From a virus: 64,000 bases of DNA. A program made the position numbers and the translations under genes. Within the stretch, counting starts at the first letter, position 1; each line of letters opens with the position of its first letter. Of the stretch, positions 55,609 to 64,000 are shown piece by piece. Location of the stretch: the IMG/VR virus record IMGVR_UViG_3300029105_000372, one strand, 5' to 3'. Below the pieces are notes generated by a model. The model was not told where the DNA came from and did not search any database. It worked only from the letters and a program-made list of their open reading frames with translations.

Positions 55609-55887
55609 TTATTCATTCTTGTTTCCTGCCCTTTTGAAATGATCCGCAATTTTGCAGATTGTAACGTCTCCAATTCCTTTGATTGATGAAATCTCTTTGA
55701 GAAACTTGTTAATATCCGCTCCGTCGGAGGATTTTTTACCTTGATTAAACCCCTCACTTCTGGCTTTCTCCACTCTGTTCTCAACATAATGTACCAACTG
55801 CTCATCTGTCATTTTGCGGATTTTAACCGCTTTTTCATGTACCTTATCTTCATTTACTGTTCTGCGGCAGCTTCTCTTCTTTGCCAT
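55609..55887 (-). CDS. hypothetical basic protein (92 aa)
   Basis: Intact ORF. Confidence 0.3.
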   Translation of the reverse strand: MAKKRSCRRTVNEDKVHEKAVKIRKMTDEQLVHYVENRVEKARSEGFNQGKKSSDGADINKFLKEISSIKGIGDVTICKIADHFKRAGNKNE

Positions 55888-55897
55888 TGCAATCCTC

Positions 55898-56209
55898 CTA
55901 TCTCATGTATGTTTCAACAATGCACGCATCGTCCTCCGGTGTCCTCGGGAACTTAAAAATAAATCCGGCTGACATTACATCATCTTCGCATCTTTTAAGG
56001 TTTTCATATTCGCAGTAAACATTCGTTGGCCGATTCTTCTCTCCGTCCCATACTCTTGCCACCACTTTTCCCGGAAAGTCTTTCGGGCTGTCATATATCA
56101 CTACTAGCGGCACTTTTATATCTGAATAGTCCACCAGATTAAGTGTCGGTACTCTCTTATACAACGGCGTGTTCTGCTTTACTAATTTCTTCTGTTTGTT
56201 CACTCCCAT
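55898..56209 (-). CDS. hypothetical protein (103 aa)
   Basis: Intact ORF. Confidence 0.3.
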   Translation of the reverse strand: MGVNKQKKLVKQNTPLYKRVPTLNLVDYSDIKVPLVVIYDSPKDFPGKVVARVWDGEKNRPTNVYCEYENLKRCEDDVMSAGFIFKFPRTPEDDACIVETYMR

Positions 56210-56811
56210 ACCTCCTGTAATTCCACATGGAATGATTTCAATAGTTCATCGTCCATATTTGACATAAATGTTCTGTACGATATGTCTGGCTTATTTTCCA
56301 TAAACCACTCTACCGCCTTTTGATTTCTGGCTGTTCTGGTAGATAGATTTCTCCAATTATCCTGATACCGAACCCGTTTCAATTCTCCGTACCATACAAG
56401 AAATCGTTCTCTCGTGCCATTCCTATCAATTCTCATAGGCACATACGGATCAACAATCTCGTAATCTATCCGCCGGACTGCTGCCGGAACTGCCATAACC
56501 CACATTTCTCCTGTGGCAACGGCATCCGGCACTTTATCCGCTATCTGCTCCGGCATGAGGATAGCATCACTCTCTATGTAATACGCATGGATAACAACCG
56601 GCACACCGATTCTTGCCATGTTGTACGCCACTGTTCCGCCTTGCGGCATCGCCTGGATTGCACTCAATATGTTAGGTGCTACGCATATCCTCGGAGTGGT
56701 GTTATCCTCATCCGGGCAAATCTGTTTCGGAACTCTCGGAACAAATCTCTCTACTTCATCAAATGAAACGTGAACCAATTTACTGTTGCTTCTTTTTCCT
56801 CTTTGCTTCAT
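56200..56811 (-). CDS. hypothetical protein (203 aa)
   Basis: Intact ORF. Confidence 0.3.
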   Translation of the reverse strand: MKQRGKRSNSKLVHVSFDEVERFVPRVPKQICPDEDNTTPRICVAPNILSAIQAMPQGGTVAYNMARIGVPVVIHAYYIESDAILMPEQIADKVPDAVATGEMWVMAVPAAVRRIDYEIVDPYVPMRIDRNGTRERFLVWYGELKRVRYQDNWRNLSTRTARNQKAVEWFMENKPDISYRTFMSNMDDELLKSFHVELQEVWE

Positions 56812-56984
56812 CCTTTTTCCGTTGGCGTTCCTCCCAGTAGGGATGTTCCAACCTTTCCAGTCCAGTGCATCCTATCTGCAGGCACTTATGGACTTTCATT
56901 TGCTTCGTTGATAGATACCCTTTATGTGTTTTGCAGTACGCTACCGGCGATTTAAGCATATTCTTATCAATGCTCTGGAATAAA

Positions 56985-57797
56985 TCAGGCATGAATAAGA
57001 GCTTTCGGAAACTCTTGAATGAGTTCTTCGCCCCAAATGTCCGTGAGGCTCGGTTTCATAAATACCGGTATGTTGTACTTTCTGCACTGCTCCACAATAT
57101 TTTCAATCCATTCTCGTCTTGGTATGACTTTATCTTTTCTGCTGCCAGTCTCCGCTCCTACGATGATCCACTCCGGGATGTATGATTTCTCACTCAGTTC
57201 TCCGAAGTCTGCCAGTATAGGCTCTACTGACAAAAACGTATGGAACTCATAGTGTCCGTCCTGCCCCATATACTCTGTATCTGGATCTGTGACTGTCGTT
57301 CCGTACCACATATTATCTCTGAGTGGTAATTCTCCGTAATGATGCAGCTCCATATATCTTCCAGGATTCTTCGTTAGGAAGAGGTAATTATGCTGCGGAG
57401 CTTTCTCACAAGCATTAAACACTTCCCTGATCCATCTATCAGGAACCCACTCTCCAAACACATCCGACATTGATCCGACAAAGATATTTCTCTGCCTCTT
57501 TTTGTCTCTGTATTCTCCCATGCGGTATCTGTGGATTGTCGGCGCAAATCCATGCGGATAGGCGCATCTGAATTGTTTTCCGGTCTCATCATCAACATAA
57601 TACGGTTGCTCATTTATCTCATAAGTTTCAGAACCATCGTCTCCGAGTTTGTACGTCTCCGGTTCTACCAGATGGCATCCTTTCCGTGATACAAAACGGT
57701 TTGCAATGCCTCTGGCATAACAATAAGGGCATTTATGACGGCAGCCGGTAATCGGATTCCATGTGCTGTCAGCCCACTCTATTTTCGTTTTATCCAA
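56985..57797 (-). CDS. phage Gp37/Gp68-family protein (DUF5131; 270 aa)
   Basis: N-terminal KIEWADSTWNPITGCRHKCPYCYARG, the signature of PF07505. Confidence 0.6.
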   Translation of the reverse strand: MDKTKIEWADSTWNPITGCRHKCPYCYARGIANRFVSRKGCHLVEPETYKLGDDGSETYEINEQPYYVDDETGKQFRCAYPHGFAPTIHRYRMGEYRDKKRQRNIFVGSMSDVFGEWVPDRWIREVFNACEKAPQHNYLFLTKNPGRYMELHHYGELPLRDNMWYGTTVTDPDTEYMGQDGHYEFHTFLSVEPILADFGELSEKSYIPEWIIVGAETGSRKDKVIPRREWIENIVEQCRKYNIPVFMKPSLTDIWGEELIQEFPKALIHA

Positions 57798-57996
57798 GTC
57801 TCTTCCTCCTACCTGTGTATTTCCCTACATGGTTGATATAACCGCAATAACAGCATTTTACCTCGTCTCTAAGGCGGCTCTTATAAATCTGATTTCCACA
57901 ACATCCGCAGTCAAATTCCTGTGGATTGATTTTCTTTTTCTTCATAAACGCATCACTCCTTTGGAAATAATTTGTCATAAAACCATTCAATATCAC
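57790..57996 (-). CDS. Zn-ribbon small protein (68 aa)
   Basis: CGCCGNQIY...CCYCGYINH. Confidence 0.35.
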   Translation of the reverse strand: MILNGFMTNYFQRSDAFMKKKKINPQEFDCGCCGNQIYKSRLRDEVKCCYCGYINHVGKYTGRRKRLG

Positions 57997-58516
57997 GGCG
58001 AACCTTAAAATATCTAAATTTATCCTCTTCGCTCGTGCTTCTTACACTGATATACCCGTGAAAAGCATTTACCTCTTCTACTACCACCGGAAGCTCTGCA
58101 TATTCCGTCTTTAACATCCACTCACTTCCGAGAGGGTATTTATCGAATTTTGAATAGTCGATCTTTTCGTCCACATGAAACGGAAGATCGTATTTTCTTT
58201 TATCCACAGCCAAATCGTCAATATAGCAAGTGGCATACACTTTTCTTGGATTGTTACCATATTTTTCAACGTTTTCCGGCAGATTATCATTGACCGCATC
58301 GAACTCTAATCCGAATTTACTGCACCAGTCCACCGCTTCTTTCAGATGTTCTTCCACTCTGCAAGTCCAAAGGATCACTTTTGCTCCCTCTGTTCTGCGT
58401 TGAATAAGATGCTGTATCAGTTTTTTGTTCGGCGCGCCAATTCCGGGCCACTTACTTTCGCAGAGTGTTCCGTCAAAATCAACCGCATAAATCGGTACAA
58501 AACTACTCATCTCCAT
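57953..58516 (-). CDS. HAD-superfamily phosphatase (187 aa)
   Basis: DxDGT motif AVDFDGTL, plus ILWTCR and DD motifs. Confidence 0.5.
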   Translation of the reverse strand: MEMSSFVPIYAVDFDGTLCESKWPGIGAPNKKLIQHLIQRRTEGAKVILWTCRVEEHLKEAVDWCSKFGLEFDAVNDNLPENVEKYGNNPRKVYATCYIDDLAVDKRKYDLPFHVDEKIDYSKFDKYPLGSEWMLKTEYAELPVVVEEVNAFHGYISVRSTSEEDKFRYFKVRRDIEWFYDKLFPKE

Positions 58517-59204
58517 TCCTTTCCATCCCTAAATCGAATAGGGATAATTGTGCTTTTTCTCTTTCCAGTCTCGCATTTGAAACCTCGTACATCTCGGTGT
58601 CTATCTCAAACCCTACAAACCTCACGCCGTTTCTGTGATATGCAATGAGGCTTGACGCAGATCCTACATGGGTGTCAAGTACCACCCCCCCCGATAGCTT
58701 AAAAGCACCTACTAGATATTCGTACAATGCTATCGGTTTCTGGGTTGGATGGATGCGCTTCTCTGAATTTGTTCCGCCAGTGTTTGAGTATCTGAACAGT
58801 TTTGCCGGGAGATTGTAAGAAGTCCACGCAATCTCCGCTTGCGAAAAGGCATCCCACGGCTGCACCTTATCCCATACAACAAAGCACTTTGTTGGTGGCA
58901 GATTGAAATAATTTCCGCCCCATATAATCTGATTTTTCGATACGCGAAACAATTCTTTGAAGTATTCCTCCGTTGGCGGTTTGCTATCCCATTCCTTTAC
59001 CTGTCCACTCCGTTTCAATCTGCTTGCGGTGCTTTCGGCTGGATAACCGTTCTTCGTCCGGCTCTTATTGGTTCCCATCGCCATGTTCGGCGCATTGATT
59101 CCGTATGGTGGGTCTACGATTGCCACATCAAAGTATTTATCAGGGAAAAGTTTCATGCCGGCCATACAGTCCATGTTGTAGTAACCAAAATCTAATTTAT
59201 CCAC
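58503..59204 (-). CDS. DNA N6-adenine/N4-cytosine methyltransferase (DPPY; 233 aa); contains in-frame G8 tract
   Basis: Motif IV AIVDPPYG and C-terminal motif I HVGSASS. The G8 tract at 58685-58692 encodes S-G-G-V about 62 codons from the stop. Confidence 0.7.
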   Translation of the reverse strand: MDKLDFGYYNMDCMAGMKLFPDKYFDVAIVDPPYGINAPNMAMGTNKSRTKNGYPAESTASRLKRSGQVKEWDSKPPTEEYFKELFRVSKNQIIWGGNYFNLPPTKCFVVWDKVQPWDAFSQAEIAWTSYNLPAKLFRYSNTGGTNSEKRIHPTQKPIALYEYLVGAFKLSGGVVLDTHVGSASSLIAYHRNGVRFVGFEIDTEMYEVSNARLEREKAQLSLFDLGMERNGDE

Positions 59205-59861
59205 TTAATAATGCTCACTCCCTTATAACCTTTTTGAAACTCATACCACGCATACGCAACTGCACTTCCGCCTCCGGCTTTCATTTCCTCAAACATTCCA
59301 TTTTTGGCGCACAGAATACGGCTGCGTGACACATATACATATCTCGGAGGGTATTTCTTAAACAGCTCGCCTCTTGCCTTTCCCTCCAAGAACTGTAATT
59401 TAAGGAACATGAACACCTTTCTCCCGTCCGGTATGATCGTCATTGCGTGTTCAATGAACTCTTTTGCGTACTTGTACGGAGGATTGGTAAGAATATCGCC
59501 ATCCCACATTTCTGTTGTCTGCAAGAAGTCTATTCCGCCCTCTCCATACCCTCTGTCGATAAGGTCCGTACTGCGTACCTCGTACCCAAGTTCTATGAGA
59601 CGTTCTGATAAGTGTCCTTGTCCTGCAGAGCACTCCCAAATCTTATGATTCAGCTCTGCCCCCCCCCTGTAACAATGCGTCTACTGCGATAGGGTCTGTC
59701 GCATAGTAGTCGTTAATCTCTCTTTCTTTCTCTGTGTGGTTGGATGCACCAAGAGTTGTAAAAATGCTCTTGCCATTTCCGGTCCAATCTTTTCCCATTT
59801 CTGATCTCCTTATAAATATCCAAATCTGTAACCATATATGGATTCTAGTTCTCCGCGGCAT
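59192..59861 (-). pseudogene. Dam-family (PF05869-like) N6-adenine MTase split by a G9 homopolymer frameshift (apparently phase-OFF)
   Basis: The upstream frame (59643..59861) encodes ...YYATDPIAVDALLQGGG then stops. The frame one G shorter is open from the tract through IWECSAGQGHLSERL...DGDILTNPPY (ORF 59192..59524). G8 would restore a ~220-aa MTase. Confidence 0.65.
59659..59667 (-). repeat. G9 homopolymer (C9 on plus strand) in MTase gene
   Basis: Plus strand gcc ccccccc tgt. Coding-strand context is TACAGGGGGGGGGCAG. Confidence 0.9.
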
Positions 59862-60382
59862 ACCTTACCGACCGAGTTCGGCGGTAGATTGTACAGTCGT
59901 TCCGCCTCACGACATGAGAAAAAGATTTCTTCCTCATCGCCTATGCAGATAACCATGCGATGTTTCCCCGGCTTGTCCCTGCGGTTTCCGCACTGTACTC
60001 TTTTATCAGCCCATCTCAGGTTGTATATGCTGTTGTCGAACCTCTCTCTGTTGTTTATATGGTCTACTGTGTCATACCGCCGTCTGTTACCCATGTAGAA
60101 CGTCTGCATAACTATCTGGTGTCTCTTAAATCGCACTTGGTTTCCGTCTGTATCTGTGAACATACTGGAAATATCGTATTTATCTCCGTATGCCATATTG
60201 CATAGGATCCCATTCCGTATGAGTCTGCCAAATGATGATATGTAGCACTCCATGTTGAAGTCATGTACACTCTTTACTTCCAAATTCTCATCAAACTTAA
60301 CAAGCCGTGTGACTTTTCTCCATGTTTCTTCCTTGTCCGGGTACTTCCGGCGGATATACTCAAAAGTTTCTGTTTCTCTCAT
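59810..60382 (-). CDS. HNH endonuclease (190 aa)
   Basis: HNH motif DTVDHINNRERFDNSIYNLRW. Confidence 0.6.
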   Translation of the reverse strand: MRETETFEYIRRKYPDKEETWRKVTRLVKFDENLEVKSVHDFNMECYISSFGRLIRNGILCNMAYGDKYDISSMFTDTDGNQVRFKRHQIVMQTFYMGNRRRYDTVDHINNRERFDNSIYNLRWADKRVQCGNRRDKPGKHRMVICIGDEEEIFFSCREAERLYNLPPNSVGKVCRGELESIYGYRFGYL

Positions 60383-60648
60383 ACTCTCTCAAATGTGTAG
60401 ATTGAATTTCTGGTTGTTACCTCAATGTATTTTCCTCTATCCTCGGTCTTGAATCCGATAACTGTACTCGTAACAATCATGCCGACATACGGTGTTCCAT
60501 CCGGCTGAGCCAACCATTCAATCATCATGGCATCTCCGTTTCTTGGAGTGGGTTTCTTGCACATTCTCCCTACTCTGAGAGGGTATCTGCCCTCAATTCT
60601 CGGATTGCCTTTTCTGTCTGTAATTGATGCAACTCTATAAGTTTCCAT
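60379..60648 (-). CDS. hypothetical protein (89 aa)
   Basis: Intact ORF. Confidence 0.3.
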   Translation of the reverse strand: METYRVASITDRKGNPRIEGRYPLRVGRMCKKPTPRNGDAMMIEWLAQPDGTPYVGMIVTSTVIGFKTEDRGKYIEVTTRNSIYTFERV

Positions 60649-60658
60649 GGCAACCTCC

Positions 60659-61189
60659 TTAATAAAGATTCCACAAAAACAGTTCTTCGTTTTCTGCCGG
60701 ATCGCACTTTTCTTTCCATTCCAGTTTTCTCACTACATCCCATGTTTTCATGCAGATATTAGATAAGTCGTACCTGTCGTACACCCTCTTGTCGATAAAC
60801 AGGCGCATATCCAAGTCCTCATCGTAGAGATTGGAACTCATGTATTTCAGATTACGAATATCCTCATCTGTGGCTTCTGCATGGACTGTTACTGTGATAC
60901 CATCCAAGTGTTTTAAAATTACCGGATGATCGTCCATTGTCAGACAAGCCGTATAAAGATAGATTTTCTGTCTCTTATTCTGCTTTCTGAGCATTTTAAT
61001 GACTGTGTAGAGTTGTGCCGAATTTATCATAGGCTCTCCGCCGGTAATCACAACTTCCTCATAGTCCTTTAATGCCGTGATACCGCCAATCACTTTCGCC
61101 AATGATGTGTAGTCCAATTTGCTGTTGCAGCACCCCGGGCACTTCCGGTCGCACTTTGATGTGATAATTACTCTCGCTGTCTTTTTCAT
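60659..61189 (-). CDS. small radical-SAM activase (NrdG/QueE-like; 176 aa)
   Basis: CDRKCPGCCN (Cx3Cx2C) plus ITGGEP. Confidence 0.5.
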   Translation of the reverse strand: MKKTARVIITSKCDRKCPGCCNSKLDYTSLAKVIGGITALKDYEEVVITGGEPMINSAQLYTVIKMLRKQNKRQKIYLYTACLTMDDHPVILKHLDGITVTVHAEATDEDIRNLKYMSSNLYDEDLDMRLFIDKRVYDRYDLSNICMKTWDVVRKLEWKEKCDPAENEELFLWNLY

Positions 61190-61198
61190 CTTTCCTCC

Positions 61199-61924
61199 TT
61201 AATCCATGCCGTCATAAAGGCTTTCAGATAATTCAACCTGTTCGTCTGTCAAATCCCTAAGTGCATTGATTATCTTCATCTTTGTTTCTTTGCATGGGAA
61301 ATATCCGTACTTTGCATATCTCAGCATCCGTTCAAAAGTGCTCATTGGAAATGGAATATCTTTATCAATTACAATCCGTTTAAGATGTAGATGTTCAAAA
61401 AACGCATCATCCATCAGGATTTTGTACTCAATGTGTGTTTCCGGTATTCCAATTTCCTCTAAGAAATGCTCATCTTCCAGAGTTTCAAACGGAAGTTCTT
61501 GTCTTTTCGCTACCGCACCAGTTTCATCCTCTACTTCCTCTTTGTAATATGCGAACTTCGTGATTGTGAAATCGAACTTATTCAGAATTTCTTCCGGTTT
61601 TCCAAATATTTTGCAACAAAGTTCAATCACAACACCTGTTTCAATGTGTTTGTATGCCTTTACATTGTCGTTTTCGTAGTGGAAATGATATTTCTCATCT
61701 CTTACATCGTCTCCGTCATATCCTGGTGTCTGACTGTCAAAATACTGTACCGCATCATCAAAATCGCTTTCATTCTCAAAGAAAATATCAAGGTCCTTTA
61801 CCTTTTCTTTATTGAATATGTTTTTGAAACATCCTCCACATATAAATCCTTTGTGACCGGTCATGTATTCATCAAGCCAATTTAACATCCAGAAGTTTTC
61901 TCTATCTCTCTTTATTAGAGCCAT
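61199..61924 (-). CDS. Pol-beta-superfamily nucleotidyltransferase (CCA-adding-enzyme-like head motif; 241 aa)
   Basis: GFICGGCFKNIFNKEKVKDLDIFFE matches the GG..x(9-13)..D.D NTase signature of class-II tRNA nucleotidyltransferases and poly(A) polymerases. Confidence 0.4.
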   Translation of the reverse strand: MALIKRDRENFWMLNWLDEYMTGHKGFICGGCFKNIFNKEKVKDLDIFFENESDFDDAVQYFDSQTPGYDGDDVRDEKYHFHYENDNVKAYKHIETGVVIELCCKIFGKPEEILNKFDFTITKFAYYKEEVEDETGAVAKRQELPFETLEDEHFLEEIGIPETHIEYKILMDDAFFEHLHLKRIVIDKDIPFPMSTFERMLRYAKYGYFPCKETKMKIINALRDLTDEQVELSESLYDGMD

Positions 61925-61932
61925 GCTTCCTC

Positions 61933-62469
61933 CTATCTCCGTGTCATTGCATCCTCGTATAACCGCTTATACACGTCCCTCTCAGCAGTTATCTTTGCAA
62001 TTTCCAACTGTGTCTCAATGTCCGGCATCTCCACCTTTTCTGCGATAGGTTCGGGTTCTTTCTCGTCTGGCTTCACTGCTTCATTTGCAGCTTCCGCCCA
62101 CTTCTTTACCAGATCATTCGATTTGATGTTAATTCCAATGCCGATACTTACTGCCAACGCTGCATCAATCTTTTTCATTTCCGCCATAGAACACTGCCCT
62201 ATGTAATCTCCAACCTTATCCTTGTTTACCGTATCAATCTGCTCACAAAGCACGGTGGACGGATATTTTGAACTGTTGATTTTAACGTGTGTCGGCAACG
62301 GTTTCTTTTCCTGGGTGGTAAGGTAAACCACTTCCAATATGGGAGCCGCATTGTTTCCAATGTCATTGCTTATAATTACCGCCGGTCTACCCCCCCCCTG
62401 TACATTTCCGCTATATTCGCTCTCATTGCGGATATAGAAGATTTCCCCTCTATAAAATTCTTTGTTCAT
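61933..62469 (-). CDS. PemK/MazF-like endoribonuclease-fold protein with C-terminal extension (178 aa); contains in-frame G9 tract
   Basis: N-terminal GEIFYIRNE...GGGRPAVIISND is the PemK/MazF/CcdB fold signature. The G9 tract at 62390-62398 encodes Q-G-G-G. Confidence 0.45.
   Translation of the reverse strand: MNKEFYRGEIFYIRNESEYSGNVQGGGRPAVIISNDIGNNAAPILEVVYLTTQEKKPLPTHVKINSSKYPSTVLCEQIDTVNKDKVGDYIGQCSMAEMKKIDAALAVSIGIGINIKSNDLVKKWAEAANEAVKPDEKEPEPIAEKVEMPDIETQLEIAKITAERDVYKRLYEDAMTRR
62390..62398 (-). repeat. G9 homopolymer in MazF-like gene
   Basis: Plus strand ctacccccccccctgt. Coding-strand context is TACAGGGGGGGGGTAG, the same TACAG9 context as 59659-59667. Confidence 0.9.
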
Positions 62470-62478
62470 AGTGTCCTC

Positions 62479-63480
62479 CTATCCCATTCGTGGATCGTAG
62501 TCCTCGAACCGTTTTATGGTTTTGAAAATTTTTCTGTTATTCACATACCTTTGAAGCAATCTCACGGTGTCTCCGCCCTTTGTGTGTTGTTTGTCGTACA
62601 CCATTACATACGGGTCGTAATCCATATCTCTTAGGGTATATATCCGTTCCAAATCCTGCTCGATTGTTGTGTCGAAATTCGTCAGAACGAACACGCTTGT
62701 TTTTCTGGCTTTCCATCCAGTTATGTCCTTGAACATTTTGAACTTTGGTACAATAAGTTCTTTATCTTCGTACCGATCCCATGCAAAATGAACACTGTCA
62801 ACTCTTAACTGTCTTATCATTTCCGCTTTTTCATCTGTCATAATGCGAATGTCTATTCCCTGGTTGATGTTTACCTTTGCTTTGCTATCAATGAGCTGAT
62901 GCAATAAATCTTTCCAGTCCTTGCAAGCTATGAGGTTCGGATCGCACAGCACTATATTTTTCTGTCCTCTCCAAAATTCCGACAAATCTGCAACTTTGCG
63001 GGAACATCTTCCCTCTTTTGCTTCAACATGACAGAAATTACAGCCTCTTGGACAACCTCTTGTAAGAAATCCGTATGCCGTATCTTTGCATAATTCAGGG
63101 TAAAGATCGTAGTCTGGGTAAATGTGTTCCACCTCTTCCGGTAGTGTATGGTCTCTTTCTTTGTGGTAAATCTCTCTCCCATCTACTGTTTCTATGCAAT
63201 ACCCAGAACCGCCGCGTATAACCTCATCTGCATCTACAAAATGTTCGTAATCCGGTGTGAAACTGAATACCTTTGACATATACACACGATCCATGTGTCC
63301 CGAAAATAATGGGCTGTACCACTCAACGGAATCGCCTATGCTTTTATGCCATGCCGATAGTTTCATAAGAGGTATGTTTGGAAAATTGTGTCCGTCTACG
63401 TCAATCAGTCCTATCCTCATAGACCTCATCCTCCTGCGGCATCTCGAACACTCCAAGCGGTTGATCTGCCACATATTCAC
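62479..63480 (-). CDS. B12-binding-domain radical SAM protein (333 aa)
   Basis: N-terminal Rossmann-like region, then the radical SAM core GCPRGCNFC (Cx3Cx2C). Confidence 0.6.
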   Translation of the reverse strand: MNMWQINRLECSRCRRRMRSMRIGLIDVDGHNFPNIPLMKLSAWHKSIGDSVEWYSPLFSGHMDRVYMSKVFSFTPDYEHFVDADEVIRGGSGYCIETVDGREIYHKERDHTLPEEVEHIYPDYDLYPELCKDTAYGFLTRGCPRGCNFCHVEAKEGRCSRKVADLSEFWRGQKNIVLCDPNLIACKDWKDLLHQLIDSKAKVNINQGIDIRIMTDEKAEMIRQLRVDSVHFAWDRYEDKELIVPKFKMFKDITGWKARKTSVFVLTNFDTTIEQDLERIYTLRDMDYDPYVMVYDKQHTKGGDTVRLLQRYVNNRKIFKTIKRFEDYDPRMG

Positions 63481-63713
63481 ATACTAAGTCTCTGGGGTTT
63501 TCATCCTGTCCTCTTTCAAACAGCAAATTCATGGTGTAGCAGTCCATAAGCATTGAAATCGCCATTCTGCATTTTTCTTTCGTAGAGTATCTGCCAATCA
63601 CTACTCTATTTTCTCCTACGAGGGCAGCAACCTTGTACCGCCCATCATATTTGCTGTCCGTGCTGTATTCTGTTACCTTGTCGTTGTTCAGAACTACCGC
63701 TCCATCCTGAGAC

Positions 63714-63986
63714 TTAACAAACATCACGTTTTGCCTCTCTTTCCTTAATTCGACCCATCTGGCGGTCGATCTTGAAATCAATACGCTCATTGACCTCTTC
63801 CACGCAGTTGAAAATAATTCCAAGCTGTGTGAGCATGATCTGTACGTCTGCGATTTCATCAATAACCGCGTCTCTCAAATCGGAATCCTTTGCGTTGCTC
63901 CGGCGGAATTTCAGAATGGCTTTGATGAGTTCCGAACACTCTTCGATTGCCATATCTTCCTGTTTATCCGAACCGTAGGTTTCCAC
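63714..63986 (-). CDS. MazG-like nucleotide pyrophosphohydrolase (90 aa)
   Basis: EECSELIKA ... IDEIADVQIML EExxE/D motifs. Overlaps ORF 63401..63862, whose real start is probably internal. Confidence 0.4.
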   Translation of the reverse strand: METYGSDKQEDMAIEECSELIKAILKFRRSNAKDSDLRDAVIDEIADVQIMLTQLGIIFNCVEEVNERIDFKIDRQMGRIKEREAKRDVC

Positions 63987-64000
63987 GATTGTATTGAGGT

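Noticed and set aside
55389-55805. ORF 55389..55805 (-) 138 aa
   Set aside because: It overlaps two better-spaced ORFs (55136..55498 and 55609..55887) in another frame and is probably a shadow ORF.
59451-59639. ORF 59451..59639 (-) 62 aa
   Set aside because: It lies in the gap between the two halves of the frameshifted MTase. The MTase-like reading (IWECSAGQGHLS...) is in a different frame that joins 59192..59524, so this ORF is a by-product of the frameshift.
1-64000. CRISPR arrays
   Set aside because: No regularly spaced direct repeats of 24-40 bp were seen. The repeats present are DGR TR and VR, tape-measure coding repeats and the 30-bp inverted pair.

Overview
The window is a stretch of phage or prophage DNA from a moderate-GC (~43-45% by eye) Firmicutes-like genome; no host housekeeping genes are present. 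Reading the minus strand from high to low coordinates it contains a lysogeny switch (XRE repressor 44623-44988 with TTTGTAAAG operator repeats and a divergent promoter), a block of small accessory genes (MazG-like, DEDD exonuclease, HExxH peptidase-like, LemA, membrane proteins), the large terminase (33296-34948), a large array of tRNA and tRNA-like genes, then portal, head-morphogenesis, scaffold, capsid, head-tail, tape-measure and tail genes. The tRNA array is interleaved with HU, an SPFH protein and an accessory island carrying a vWA/PP2C/Ser-Thr-kinase triad, a second vWA protein and an isochorismatase-family hydrolase. The late operon ends at 1-2247 in a complete diversity-generating retroelement, in the order target gene with VR, avd, TR, reverse transcriptase (truncated at the window edge). 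A plus-strand module (45777-54101) encodes an FtsK/SpoIIIE-like ATPase, a small catalytic-domain-only tyrosine recombinase next to a 30-bp inverted-repeat invertible element, an RtcB RNA ligase and a lipoprotein. The final minus-strand block (54117-64000) encodes two DNA methyltransferases with poly-G tracts, one of them frameshifted at a G9 tract and so apparently phase-OFF. It also carries an HNH endonuclease, three radical-SAM-type proteins, a Pol-beta nucleotidyltransferase, a HAD phosphatase and a PemK/MazF-like protein. The most unusual observation is a run of five consecutive tRNA-like genes (28013-28684) with canonical acceptor, D and T arms but anticodon loops expanded by roughly 6 to 56 nt. 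These sit in a genome that also encodes RtcB, a MazF-like endoribonuclease, a nucleotidyltransferase and a HAD phosphatase. All calls are by eye from sequence and motifs, and coordinates of RNA features are approximate.
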